Shown here piece after piece: positions 24,813-37,396 of a stretch of 64,000 nt of DNA (its first letter is position 1; the number at the start of each line of letters is the position of its first letter). A program made the position numbers and the translations under genes. The stretch comes from Camelus dromedarius (taxonomy: Eukaryota): positions 86,306,001 to 86,370,000 of the forward strand of contig NC_087436.1 of NCBI RefSeq assembly GCF_036321535.1, in the 5' to 3' direction. The notes beneath the pieces are model-generated. The model saw only the letters and a program-made list of their open reading frames with translations. It did not search any database and was not told the origin of the DNA.

Positions 24813-27800
24813 TCAGGAGCTCAAAGATATGTGTGGAAAGGAGGAAATTAATCTGGAATTAAAGAGTACTTCCCTATCAAAAGAGAAGACAGTAGATATA
24901 TATATTGTTAAAAATTGGTAGCTATGTTGGGGAAATGTGCACCTTTGAATGCTCAGATTATCATCCTTTATTGGGTAAAATGACATGTCTGTGGAAACTC
25001 TCCTTCCCCAACATGTGAATCTCATCCAACCCAATATGATGCCACCCTGGGCAGGAGACAGGATTCACTTGTTAGGAACTCATTTCTTTAGGCACAGGGC
25101 ATGATGCATAGATCTTATTTTGAAATGACTGAAAATTCCCTAAGTACCTCCAAGGGGAAAATCTGACTCCCTTTCCCCATATGCTGATAATAAAATCTGA
25201 GCACAAAGAGAAGCGAGTGATAAATGTGCAGCCTGGTCCTCGTCTGCATGAGGAAGGGTTTGAACTCACTGAGCCTTTAGCAGACGTGAGTATGAAAAAG
25301 ATTACATCTTGCTTTATTTTCAACGAGAAGCTTAGTCCATCTAAATAAAAAAAAAAACCAGAAAACTCCTCATGGGTTAAGCTTTCATAGAGGGGAAGAA
25401 AAGTGCCTTTTCCAAGCGCACTGCTGATTTTGTGGTGACTGCAGAGTCCAATATCTAATCTACTTCCCCACTTCCTGTGTTATGAAATGCTGGGCATAGT
25501 TTTCTCTTGGCTCAGTCGCTTGTCGATAAAGAGCGAAGAGCCCGAAGGAAAGACAGCGAACACTGCCCTCTTTTGTCCACCCGGGGTTTCTGCCTATTCT
25601 TCTAGATGAGTGTGTGCCCGGCAGACAAGAGTTAAAGTCAGGCTGAGTAAATTCCATTTGAGTAGTTCTCTGCATGACTTGGAGGTTTCAGCAGTGTGGA
25701 ACATCTTTATTTTGGTGTCACCAACATTTTAGCTTATCCAATGCCACCACTTTGCACCAAACCCCATTTAATGATGGTTGGTCTGTGCTGACCAGAAAAA
25801 AAAAAAAAGTGGGTGGAAAGCAAAAAAGAGGCTCTATTGTTTGAGGTTTCCCTGCTCCGTCTGGATTACCAGGGAGCTAAAGATAAAACCCAGGCAGAAA
25901 GTGACGTGTCAGCAGAAACAGAGCAAGAGCCCCTCTCCCCTTGGATAACCCCTCATTTGGAAGAGACAGCTTTGTCTGAGTGGCTTGAGAAGTTCTCAAA
26001 TAATTTGGTTATAATGTTTTTGTAAGTGTGCTGGGGCAGCTAGGAAGGCAAAGACTTTCTGGACCAAATGTATTGCCATTGTGCTTGATCTGATTGGAGC
26101 ACTACTAGCAAGGAAGTGCACTTCTGTTTGTGGAACAACTTATACATTTTTCATAGGCATATGTAGAAATTAAAAATTAATATGACCTCCTCTCTCGGTT
26201 GACTCAAATCACACTTTACAGTTCTTTCTTGCAAGAGTTCGTATGTATTTGGCAGGGCTGCAGAGTGTACCGGGTGAAGATGGAGTGCAGGGTTCACTCC
26301 CTGGGAGGACAGCTTAGAGTCCTCTTGGCTCTGTGCCCAAATGCAAATTATTTAATTTGGTTTGAAAGCTTTAAAAGTCATATTGCCGAGGCTTCAGTGT
26401 ATCATTTAATCATCTACTGTGTCTGTGCATCTTCTGTGTATGCAACCAGGCATCAAGGTGCACAGGGAAGATGTGTCACAATGGGGAAGGGCAGATGTAA
26501 ATGCGGATTCCTGTTCAAGGGAATCGAGTTTGCACTCTGCAGCCCATCACTTTGTTGTTAAATTTTTGCCCGAGTTTTAGCAACTTTGGGTCCTTCCTTT
26601 CCCAGGACAGTTCTGGGCACAGATATTCAGCTCCATTCTGCTTTTCAGGGAATTTGTTCTTTGACTGGTGGTTTGGAAAACATGGTGAGATAAAGTCATT
26701 ATCAGGACAAATGGAACAGTTAGGGAAGCGGCCCCAGGGAATTTTTTCCATTCCCGTTACTTTTCAAAAAGCCCCGTAAAAATGCTCTTGCTTCCTATCT
26801 CATCAAGCCAGGGATGTTACCTTGACAAAAGGAATGTCAGGACTCTTCTAATCCATGATATACTCTCACCAACGGCAGATCTCTAAATTATCAGGGGTAA
26901 AGTATATTTAAGAGTAGGAAAATATCCATCAAAGAACAAAGTCAGGAAGCAGATCTGTTTCGTTGTTTCCTTTCTGCTAAGTGCCTTTGAGGAAGCATTT
27001 GCATTGGCTTATGCCCCTGTGTCTAGAACCAGCCAGATACAAGCCGAGTGGTGCTTCATGTATACGAGGGCTTCCATTCAGATACACGGAACTGGAATCA
27101 GAAATTCAGATCTTTAGTAACTTAATTGTGTGGATGTCTACAGTAGCCTGGTAAGGAATGGTTAATGTGTTGAAATATTTTGGAAATACTGACACCAAAA
27201 AAATTTATTCTGAACAGATAGTCCAATGATGAAAAAGTAAAGGAACAAATTACACAAAATTCTAAAGTCCCTGGGGATCGATTATAAAGTACATCGTTTA
27301 AATGAGTGCTACTTGAGAGAAAAGCAGGGTTGGGTGTATACGCTTTCCTTAGGAAATAACGAATTCTTAGTCCTTGTGTCCAACGTAGGCAGGCTAGAAG
27401 AAATGTCTGTTTATTAACAACAAAATGTACATTTGCTTCAAAAGCTAAGGGGATGTTTCTTTTATAGTATCCTTGTAAAGTTTCTTTATTGGGATGAGGA
27501 TGAAATACTAAGTGTTTGCATTTATATAGCACTCTGCTTGTCAGAGATCTTTCTCATGGACCGGATCATTTGGCAGGAGAGATGAGCCTGGGGATAAGAT
27601 TAGGAGAAAAGCCAGTTTACAGTGTTAATTTATGAAGCAAACTGGAAACAGAAACTAAAGAATGTTATTTTCCCTCATTCGAGTAACAGGCTGGTGTTCG
27701 GCAAACTGTCCGGGGAGATATTCAAGAGAAGAGTGAGCATGGTGATTAAACACTTTTCTCTCCTCTTTTCATCCCCCCACCCCCACCCTGTTTCTTCTCT

Positions 27801-29293
27801 GACCACAGTTTGAACACATTTCAATCACCAGCAGCCCCAGCAGGGCAAGGCTGCCACATGCTTGCTAATAGTTGTCCCAAAGGCTGCATCCCAGGGGCTC
27901 TTCCCGGAAGTGCTGTTGTAGACCGGTGAGTTACCGTATTTCCCTTGCAGCTGCCGCCCGCTACAATGAAGCAGCAGGGCTGGACTCCCAGCCCTGCTTG
28001 ATAGTCCAAAATAAGGGGCCAGCAGGCACCTATGAAGTGTAATGACCCTTTAACTGGAATGGGCTGATTTAGAGCTAGTCTAGGAATCCCTCCTGGCCCT
28101 GAGGTCCCAGTGTTTCAAGGACATTTTCTGCAGACTGGCTTAAGGCACCGCAGTATTAAATAAATAAATGAAAGCAGTGCTGCTAACTTCTCAGGAAGAC
28201 AGCAAGTCATCTGGGCAGTGCACGCAATGAGCTGTGCACAGAGCCTTGCTGAACGATTAGCAGCAAGTTTCCCATCTGACAAAACAGATTTGCTAGTTTG
28301 ACTTTGAATTTAAGTCAACAAAGACAGAAAAAGTGTGGGAAAGGCAATCATTTGAAGGGAGGGCCCCGTGACGATTTTGCTAACTAAGGAAGGCTGTTTA
28401 CAAGGGTATTCATACATTTCGGAGCCTTCCAGAAGTCAATGTGTGTGAAAAGTGTTTTGTAAACCGTGGAGTCCTTTTACAAACGGTAACTACTCTGCTG
28501 AGACATTTCTAAACTCATCAGAGTGCAAGTACTAAACACGTCAGGTAAGAGGGGACAGAAGCACAGAAGAGACATTGACAAGTCCTTTCTAGGTGCACAA
28601 GTGAGTGTGTTAATTTTTAAAGGTCTTATAAAAGAGAGTGAAGGTGCTGGAATAATTGGAAATACAATTTCTACCTTAGCAGAAGCTGATGCAAAAATGA
28701 TAGAAGATAAAGGAGGAGACGTGAATGTTTCTGCCATTCTTCCATACAGTTCCCATTACTCTATAAACCCTCTCTTCTCTTAGTCAGACCAATAGCTCTT
28801 TGAAATGGGGGAGAAAAAGCCTGACTCAGCTGAGAGAGGAACCTGATGGCTCCCCTTGGATGTTATTCTCCAGGCTCACCTGATGTTTTCTGATTTGTTC
28901 ACTTGGGTTCGAGAAGCCAGCCAAGGAAGGGTGACCCATGCCGGTTTGGGGGAGAGCTGCACTGTGGGACCTGTGGCTGTCTCCTCGACTCATCAGCCAT
29001 TAAGCTTGTCACCAGCTGCTGACATCTAAAGCTAAAAAGAGAGATGTTATGGCACAATAAAATGTACAAGCCCATAAACCCCTCCTTGGTGATTGGTCAT
29101 GCTCTTCTGTATCCCGCCTGGCCTTCGCCCATTTTTATCACCAGCTCATGGCAGGCCTCCACTCACAGAGCTGGTCCACAACAAAGGCGCATTAGTTCCA
29201 GGAGGAAACATTGCCCCTATAGCAGTCTTTAACTTCTCTGAAGCAAGAAGACCAAGGGAAAAGCAGCAATAACAGCAATAATAACAACAAAAC

Positions 29294-29952
29294 TGATGCA
29301 GGAAAACGGATGTGGGGCGTGAGGAGGGCCGTGTCCCAGGTCTCGGTTGAGCCCCTGGGATGTGCCCCACCAGGTATGGGTCCCTGGCTTTGTGCAGGAA
29401 AGAACTCAAGTGCAAGCCACAGTTGAGCAAAGGTAGATTTACTTAGAGAGATACATACTGCATAGAGTGTAAGGCAACAGAAAGGCAAGGAAAGAAGTGT
29501 GGGAATTGGGTGCTCAGGTTAAAGTAAAAGTAGGTACACACTCCATAGACAGAGTGTGGGCCGTCTCCAAAGAGGAGGGAGCAAAAAAAGGCTGCTAGGC
29601 GTGGTGTTGTCAGTTTTTATGGGCTCAGTAGCTTCACATGCCTACAAGTGGGACCATTGCAACTGCCCTGGGGAAGGGGCTGGGATTCCCATGAATTGGG
29701 CCACAGCCCACTCTTGGGCCTTTTGCAGTTAGCCTTGGGGCTGTCATGGTGCCTGCGGGCATGTTATTTGATCACGCTGCTACAATGAGCATATAATGAA
29801 GCTCAAGCTCTACTAGAAGTTAAACCTCTTAATCCTCAAGGCCAACTAGGAGACGAATCTTCCACCATTTTGGTGAATCTTCCACCATTTTGGTGTTAAA
29901 TTGCTGTCATTCCACGAGTGGCTGTGCCCTGCCCCCTTCCCTCCTGTCTCCA
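29294..29952 (-). mobile_element. ERV1-type solo LTR, probably lineage-specific
   Basis: The minus strand starts TGGAGACAGGAGGGAAGG and ends TTTCCTGCATCA (TG...CA). A TATA-like CCCATAAAAA (~29613-29622) lies upstream of a polyA-like AGTAAA (~29438-29443). Internal 20-bp tandem duplication. No clean TSD. Confidence 0.7.
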
Positions 29953-30402
29953 AAGAATTTAAGACTGGACCCTCACTAGCAACCCATTTGGCTGGGGAGA
30001 CCTGGTCTAGGGTGAGTCGGGTGCCAGTTGCCAGGAAGGAGTGTTTTGTATTGGCGTCACTGTCACTGCAGAAACAATGCTGAGGGTTTCCTGGGGTGCC
30101 CACTATCCATGGAGACTCAAGCTCCACACGGAAGGAAAGAAGGACTTGGAAGTAGCAATTCAGCAGACCCACCAGCCAGGCCCAGACTTTCTGTGGGATG
30201 GTCCACATTCCAGCTCAGGGAGATGCTGCTGGGGTCTGAGTCTTCATTATCAGGAGAAGAGATTATCATCTCTGTACTGTGATATCAGCTATTGTGGTAG
30301 TTCCTGATTGTTGATACAGAATTTCCCCCTAGTCCTCCAAACCTCCTCTCAAGGTGAGTGTTTCCCTTCTGCATTCTCTCGAGGTGGCTGCAAATGTGAC
30401 TT

Positions 30403-30545
30403 CTTTTTTTTTTTAATTTTATTGAGTTACAGTCAGTTTACAATGTTGTGTCAATTTCTGGCGTACAGCACAATTTTTCAGTCATATATGAATATACATA
30501 TATTCATTTTCATATTCTTTTTCACCATGAGCTACTACAAGATCT
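30403..30545 (-). mobile_element. Very short young L1 3' end
   Basis: Homologous to the 3' termini of the L1s at 4214 and 36055 (tacaatgttgtgtcaatttc...cagcacaatttttcagtcat). Poly-T present. 8-bp TSD TGTGACTT at 30395-30402 and 30546-30553. Confidence 0.85.
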
Positions 30546-31029
30546 TGTGACTTTCAATCATAAAGGCTTGATTCTCGTCCCAGCCCTGCCACTTTATAGA
30601 TATGTGCAATCCTGAGCAAAACACTGGGGAGAAAATCGAAAGTTTTTCAAGAAAGTTAAGTGACTCGCTTATTCCTGGTGGAAGAGAGAGCAGACGCAAA
30701 GGTCCTGAGGTAGGAAGAGGCATGGCCTGTTGGTCCCTATGCTGAGAATGAACCCATGCTGGTACCTGATCAGCTCCCATGGCTGCTTCCCTCTCTTCAT
30801 TTACATCTCCTTAGTGAGGAGTTCCTTGATGCTCCATCACATCTATATCCCATTCTTCCGACAGAGTTTCTTCAGAAAACTTATCTCCCTCAGAAGTGAC
30901 CTTATTTGTTTCCTTGTTATTGCCTGGCTAGCTGGAAAGCAAACTCCACAAGAGTGAGAACCTTGGTTTTATTCTACCTACCATGGCATTTGCAGCCCCT
31001 GCAACAATGCCTGATACGCATCCAAGCAG

Positions 31030-31383
31030 AAGCACACCCCAAACCCCTTATCTGAAACCTGTGGGATCCAAGTGTTTCAGGAGTTTGGAGTTATCGCATT
31101 TTAGAAAGATCATGGGGTCCATCTCACTAAATTAGGTAACACCCGCCCCCCCAATCTGGGGCAGTATCCTGTCATCAGACACATTTACATATCTGTAGTG
31201 TGACATGCAGAACAAATGAATACGTGCATTAAGGGACATGAAAAAAAGCCTTTAAATAGCCTTATGTCTGTTTCGATCAGAAGTCTCCATACAATGAACT
31301 TGCTATCACCTTATAGAAAATATTTTGGTTTTCAGAGTGTTTTTGGAGTTTGGAATTGCAAAGAGAGGACTGTTGATCTGCAG
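31030..31383. mobile_element. Old TcMar-Tigger-like non-autonomous DNA transposon
   Basis: The ends cccaaaccccttatctgaaac... and ...tttggaattgcaaagagaggactgttgatctg are loosely complementary and resemble Tigger MITE termini. Confidence 0.4.
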
Positions 31384-32239
31384 TCAATGAATGTGTATCA
31401 AATGCATAAATGAACAAATACGATCACACGGCTCCAGTGGGCCCAGGCACTGAGGTAGTGCTGGCTCTACAGAAATTAAATAAAACAGATACACTCTCAG
31501 CTCAGACCTGCAAAGAAAACACGTGGTTGAATAATGAATTTCCACACCACTTCAAATGACACACCTTTTCCAAGGAAAGTGAACCTGTAGTTTTCACAGG
31601 CATCAAAGAGATAAGTTTTTTAACTGTCCCTCTCTTCTCGCACATCCATCCTATCTTGGATGCAAGCAAACGCAGCCAGGGACGTTTGGAGTCTGGTCTT
31701 AAAAGTGTACTTCTTTGGAACCGGATATGAGAGACAGGGAGTTTTCACCCCAGATGCCAGTATTTCTCTGTCGCTTCACTTCCCATTCTCTCCCCAGATA
31801 CTCAGTGTCAACCCATCCAGGGGCTGGATCTCTTTTAGTGAGTACTAATGTTAGAAATGCTGACATGTCTAGATGTATGGTAGGATGCCCACTTGTCAGG
31901 GAAAGGCATCCTAAGGTGTGGGGAGCATTTGTCACAGAGGTAGGAAGCTGATTCTCTGAGTCCACAGTGCCAGGGTCGTCCACCTCATCAGGCGAAGGAG
32001 TGTTGGCCTTTCTCTCTTTGATGGTCTTCAGAGAAGCCTTCCCTCCTAACCAAACAACCACCAACCAACAGGTATTCATCAAACACCTGCTCTGTGCCTT
32101 CCTGTGTCCTGGACATAATGGCAGGCGGGCTAAAATTAGAGCATGTAGATTATAGGAGAAGAACATCGTTGATTATACTTCTTCTCCAAAGAGAGATAAC
32201 TTTTGCTGAGTGGCTTGGTCTTATGGAAATTGGGCACCG

Positions 32240-32460
32240 CAGTTACGGGACTTGTGTGCCACACGGATCTGGACTCAGACACTAGCTCTGCCTCTGACTA
32301 GCAAGTTGTTAAGCTTGAAGGGGCTGAGCCTCATTGTCTCCGCCTGTGAAATGTGGATCGCAGTCCGGCTTCATAGGACTGTCGTGATGCTTTGGTGGGA
32401 TGGATCCTGAATAGGAAAACAGTTAGCATAGCGTCGGGCACATGATCGGTGTAGAGCCAT
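32240..32460 (+). mobile_element. MIR SINE, unusually GC/CpG-rich
   Basis: agctctgcctctgactagc...ctgagcctcattgtctccgcctgtgaaatg...cataggactgtcgtga...gttagcatagcgtcgggcacatgatcggtg. Confidence 0.7.
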
Positions 32461-35293
32461 CTGTTCGCTGAGTGTCCGCCCTGGGCCGGGCTCTGCGTGG
32501 GATGCCGAGGACGCAGAAATGAGGAAGACAAAGCCCCCATCTTCCAGAACCCGTGGGAGCCTACACTCATTGGCTTTCCCAAGTATTTAAAATGGCGTTT
32601 GAATTTCAGGTAGGCTGATGTTTTTTTTTAAAAGGATAAACATTGCTATGATCATCATCAGTGAAATCTATGCTCATTAGAGAAAAGTTGGGAGGAATAC
32701 AGAAGTAGAAAAGCACGATGGTGATTCATTCACATTCAATTCATTTAACAAATATTTAAACGTTGAGTACCTACTATGCACCGGCACTGTTTCAGGCACT
32801 GGGGATACTGCAGGGAAAAGCCAGACCAGACCTCTGCTCTCCACATTGTGGTGGGAAGAGAGATGATAAACAAATAAGATAATTCCTGGTAGTGATAAGT
32901 GCCTTAAAGAAAGAGGGTGACATGTTTAAGAGGAGGTATGGGGTTGAGTGTCAGGAAAAGAGACCCCAAGGTGGTGACAATGGAGCTACAAATAGAATGA
33001 CAAGGAATCGGCCACGTGAAGGTTTGGGAAAAGCGCTGTTAACCAACGTGAGTTTTTCCAGTGGCTTTTCTATCCACGCATCCAGCTGTTTCTCATCTAG
33101 TCCCAGAGGACAATGACGTAGAGAAAACTGTGTTGCCAAAGATTTATAATTTAACCTTTCTGGTCCTATAGCCAGCTCTTCCACCAGCAAAGAAATACTC
33201 TTAACTCTTTAGTGCCTTCTGCTCTTCAGACTTGGGGGAGTCTTCAGAGAGGATCAGATGGGTTTGGGCTCTCCACTGAGATGGAGACAGTGATTTGTGT
33301 TAATAGGAACATGACACACAAGCCTCAGGAAATGGTCCTTCTCTGGACTTGGCATCCGCCAGGCTCTTTTCCAAGTTTTATGTTCTTGGCTGGTCTCTGG
33401 AGAGACTGGGTGATATCCAGCAGAATGTGGCCACTCTATTTAAAACAGATAAAGTTGAAGGGTGTCCTCAAATATATTGAGATTTATGAAAAGTGGAAAA
33501 CTGAGTGCTTCCACTGAGACAAGAGGATGTGTGCTCCAAGGAGGGTTTGCCCAGACAGATGGTTATTCTTTATCTTGGCTGTCCAGCACAGTTCTGATTT
33601 CATGAAAGTTAATTCTTTTCGATAAATTTATTTATTAAAAGTATAGATAAGTGAGATTTAACTTTTATGCCTTTTTACAAGAGTTTTCAAAAGTCCTTTG
33701 TCATAAAAAGTGTTTCCACGTTGAATTCTAAATAGACGGTCACTATAGTCAAAGGAAATGGATTGAACTGTGGAATATAACACGTAAGGCAGTTATTTGA
33801 TGCTGATAAGTAGAAACGGTCATAAAGTACAGGACAGGAAGACATGCCTGTTCGTCTTAACAGGGGAGATGTAGTTCTGCCTTCAAGTAAGGAGACTTGA
33901 AGTCAGTCTCCCTATTCTCCCCACCCCACACATGTTATGGCAAAAGCAGCATTAAAAAAAACTTCCAGAAACGATGGCTGACGACCCTATCATCTAACCA
34001 ATGATTCATGTGTCCATATTATCTTCTATCATGTATATCTTTATAAGCATTTAATATGTGCCTCTTTGTAATAACAGTAGAGATAGAATTCAAAGTGACA
34101 AAAGCACTCACTTACTACTAGTATGTGCCAGGCTCTGTCCTAAGCCTTTAAATACATTAATTCATTCAATTCTTACAGTAACCCTCTGAGACAGGTACTA
34201 TTATCGCATCTCTTTACACATGAGGAAACCAAGGAGGTATTTTCTATTATCTAGTCTACATTTTGGCTTTAGATGATACTATTTTCCTCAAATTTTCATT
34301 TTACCCAATCTTTCCCCTCCATCTCGCTCTCCCCCCTCCTCATACTGTGTCTATTTTTCCCCATCTTGTTTTTCTAACCTAATAAATGCACTGCAGACAT
34401 TTATTTAGATCAACAGATGCAGATCTAACTCTTTTGACATTGATGCTTAATACACAATAGTATGAATGTTACGCATATATCCTTATATACTGGGTAGGTT
34501 TATCTTTAGCAGATAGATTTCCAGAACTGAAAATGCTGGCTGAAAGAAAATGCATGTTTTTAATTTTAAAAGATACTGCCAGATTCATTTCCAAAATTGT
34601 GCAACAGTTCAAGTTCCTGCCAACAGAATATGAGCCTGTGTGTCCCTGTATCTTTGTCAGTTTCAGTTTTTTTGGTGTTCGAATGAGCGACGTGGTATTG
34701 AGATGACAATTTAAACTTCCTTCCAGCTTTGAAATATTATAGTTTTATAATTTTATGTTTCATCACAGAGATCAGTTTAAATCAGTTTGTCACCACATGA
34801 TAGGACCATCAAGATAGCAGAAATTTAGAGAGTAAATAATGAGTTTTCATGATGGTCCTTAGTCCGGTAAATTGAAGGGAGAGTGAGATCCACTGAGAGT
34901 CGTCCTGGACCTCTGACAGACTTAGGGCAAATGAAGGAGGACTTCCTCAGTGGATAGAGCCCTATTTCTCAGTGATCATGCTTTCCCTTGAGGGCTGGAG
35001 GGGAATCACTCACTATCTGAGACAACCATCTTAGTCCTGTGTAACTTTGCTTTTTCTCTTCAATGAGACGATCATGGGATCTCTTACTCTCATGTCTCTT
35101 TAAATTTGTATCTTCCTGGTGATGCCAATATTGCAAGGCCAAAAAATTGTTTTTAATGGAACAGATAGACAAATGGAGTTTTTTGAAAGAAAATTCAGTA
35201 TGGAGGAAATAGGATTTGGAGACAGCATTAACAGTACATTGCTTATGCTTTCAACCTAAATAAGCTATTGAAAAGCACACACGCCACTATCTT

Positions 35294-35525
35294 TTTTTAA
35301 AATTAATTAATTAATTAACTTATTTAAGTGAGGTATTGTTGACTTACAATGTTTAGTTTCTGGTGTACAGCAAAGTGATTCAGTTATGCATATATAGATT
35401 CTTTTCCATTATAGGTTATTACAAGATGTTAAATATAGTTCCCTGTGCTATACAGTAGGACCTTGTTGTTTATCTATTTTACATATAGTAGTTTTTAGCT
35501 GCTAATCCCAAACTCCTAATTTATA
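35294..35525 (-). mobile_element. Short L1 3' end (cetartiodactyl-type 3'UTR)
   Basis: tacaatgtttagtttctggtgtacagcaaagtgattcagttat...aatatagttccctgtgctatacagtaggaccttgttgtttatctatttt. Imperfect flanks cactatctt / caatatctt. Confidence 0.85.
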
Positions 35526-35699
35526 CACAATATCTTGTGCATGGCCTTCTACCTATACTAAGTTTTGGAAAGATAGGTGGATATTAGTGAACCATTAACC
35601 TGTTGCCTGTAAAGCACTTAATTTAACGATGGGATGAGAAAATATTTTCACCACGCACTCAGTGGGTCATACCTTTGCTTGCATAGCTGTTTAATACTA

Positions 35700-35930
35700 G
35701 CTGTAGGGTAGCTCTTAAGAGCATGGGCTCAAGCTTCAGACAGACCTGGGTTCAAATCCTAGCTCTGCCTGTTCCTATGTGATTTTGATGTTATTTAACT
35801 TCTGTGCACTTCAGTTTTCTCAACTGTAAATGGGGATAATAGTAGGATTTTACATGATTGTTATGATGATTAAATTAGTTGTGTAAAGTGCTTAGAATGT
35901 GCCTAAAAAATTAATGCATGCTAGCATACT
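35700..35930 (+). mobile_element. MIR SINE
   Basis: cagacagacctgggttcaaatcctagctctgcc...ttcagttttctcaactgtaaatggggataatagta...gtaaagtgcttagaa. Confidence 0.9.
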
Positions 35931-36054
35931 ATAGATAACATTTTTTGATATTGATTTAATTTTTCCCAATAATAAAATAAATCATATATACCATGCAGTA
36001 TATTCAGACAGAAATAATCTTTAGACTAAATTCTGTAGAGAGCTACAGATTTTT

Positions 36055-37082
36055 TTTAAAACATTTTTTCTATTGAGTTTTAGTCATTTTACAATGTTGT
36101 GTCAAATTCCAGCGTAGAGCATGATTTTTCAGTTATACATGAACATACATACATTCATTGTCACATTCTCTTTTGCTGTGAGCCACCACAAGATCCTGTA
36201 TATAGTTCCCTGTGCTACACAGTACAATCTTGTTTATCTATTCTACATTTTGAAATCCCAGTCCCTTCCCACCCCCAGACCCCCTGGCAACCACCTGTTT
36301 GTATTCTATGTCTATGAGTCTATTTCTGTTTTGTATTTATGTTTTTTTTTTTTAGATTCCGCATATAAGCGATCTCATATGGTATTTTTCTTTCTCTTTC
36401 TGGCTTACTTAGGATGACATTCTCCAGTAACATTCATGTTGCTGCAAATGGCATTATGTTGTCGGTTTTTGTGCCTGAATAGTATTCCATTGCATAAATA
36501 TACCACATCTTCTTTACCTAGTCATCTGTTGATGGACATTTAGGCTGTTTCCATGTCTTGGCTATTGTAAATAGTGCTGCTATGAACATTGGGGTGCAGG
36601 TGTCATTTTGAAGTAGGGTTCCTTCTGGATATATGCGCAGGAGCTGGATTCCTGGCCATATGGTAAGTCTATTCCTAGTCTTTTGAGGAATCTCCATACT
36701 GTTTTCCACAGTGGCTGCACCAAACTGCATTCCCACCAGCAGTGTAGGAGGGTTCCCTTTTCTCCACAGCCTCTCCAGCATTTGTCATTTGTGGACTTTT
36801 GAATGATGGCCATTCTCACTGGTGTGAGGTGAAACCTCATCGTAGTTTTGATTCGCATTTCTCTGATAATTTGTGATACTGAGCATTTTTTCATGTGCCT
36901 ATTGATCATTTGTATGTCTTCCTTGGAGAATTGCTTCTTTAGGTCATCTGCCCATTTTCGGATTGGGTTGTTTATTTTTTTCTTATTGAGTCGTGTGAGC
37001 TGCTTATATATTCTGGAGATCAAGCCTTTGTCGGTTTCATTTGCAAAAATTTTCTCCCGTTCTGTAGGTTGTTGTTTTGTTT
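36055..37082 (-). mobile_element. Young 5'-truncated LINE-1 (~1 kb; ORF2 C-terminal region, 3'UTR)
   Basis: ORF 36580..37023(-) gives HMKKCS...[22 protein letters not shown]...[18 protein letters not shown] (ORF2p cysteine-rich motif). It continues after a frameshift in 36518..36781 ([24 protein letters not shown]). 19-bp TSD TAGAGAGCTACAGATTTTT at 36036-36054 and 37083-37101. Confidence 0.96.
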
Positions 37083-37223
37083 TAGAGAGCTACAGATTTT
37101 TAAAAATTCTTTATAGCAAACCTGTGTGGTTAAAATGTGGGCATTGGGGTCACAGAGCTTTGGATTCAAGTTCAGTTTTCTTACTTATTAACTGAGTAAA
37201 CTTGGGCAAATTACTTGATCTTT

Positions 37224-37396
37224 CTTTTTTAATATGATAATACATATATATATATATATTTTGTGTAGGGGGAGAGGTAATTAGATTTGCTTGTTTGCTT
37301 GTTTGTTTGTTTGTTTATAATGGAGGTACTGGGGATTGAACCTGGGACGTTGTGCAGGATAAACATAAGCTCTACCACTGAGTTATACCCTCCCCC
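37224..37396 (-). mobile_element. tRNA-Ala-derived SINE (camelid Vic-1 type) inserted in a MIR
   Basis: The minus strand reads GGGGAGGGTATAACTCAGTGGTAGAGC...GGTTCAATCCCCAGTACCTCCA, the same body as the 15730 copy. 17-bp TSD CAAATTACTTGATCTTT (37207-37223) / CAAATTATTTGATCTTT (37397-37413). Confidence 0.9.
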
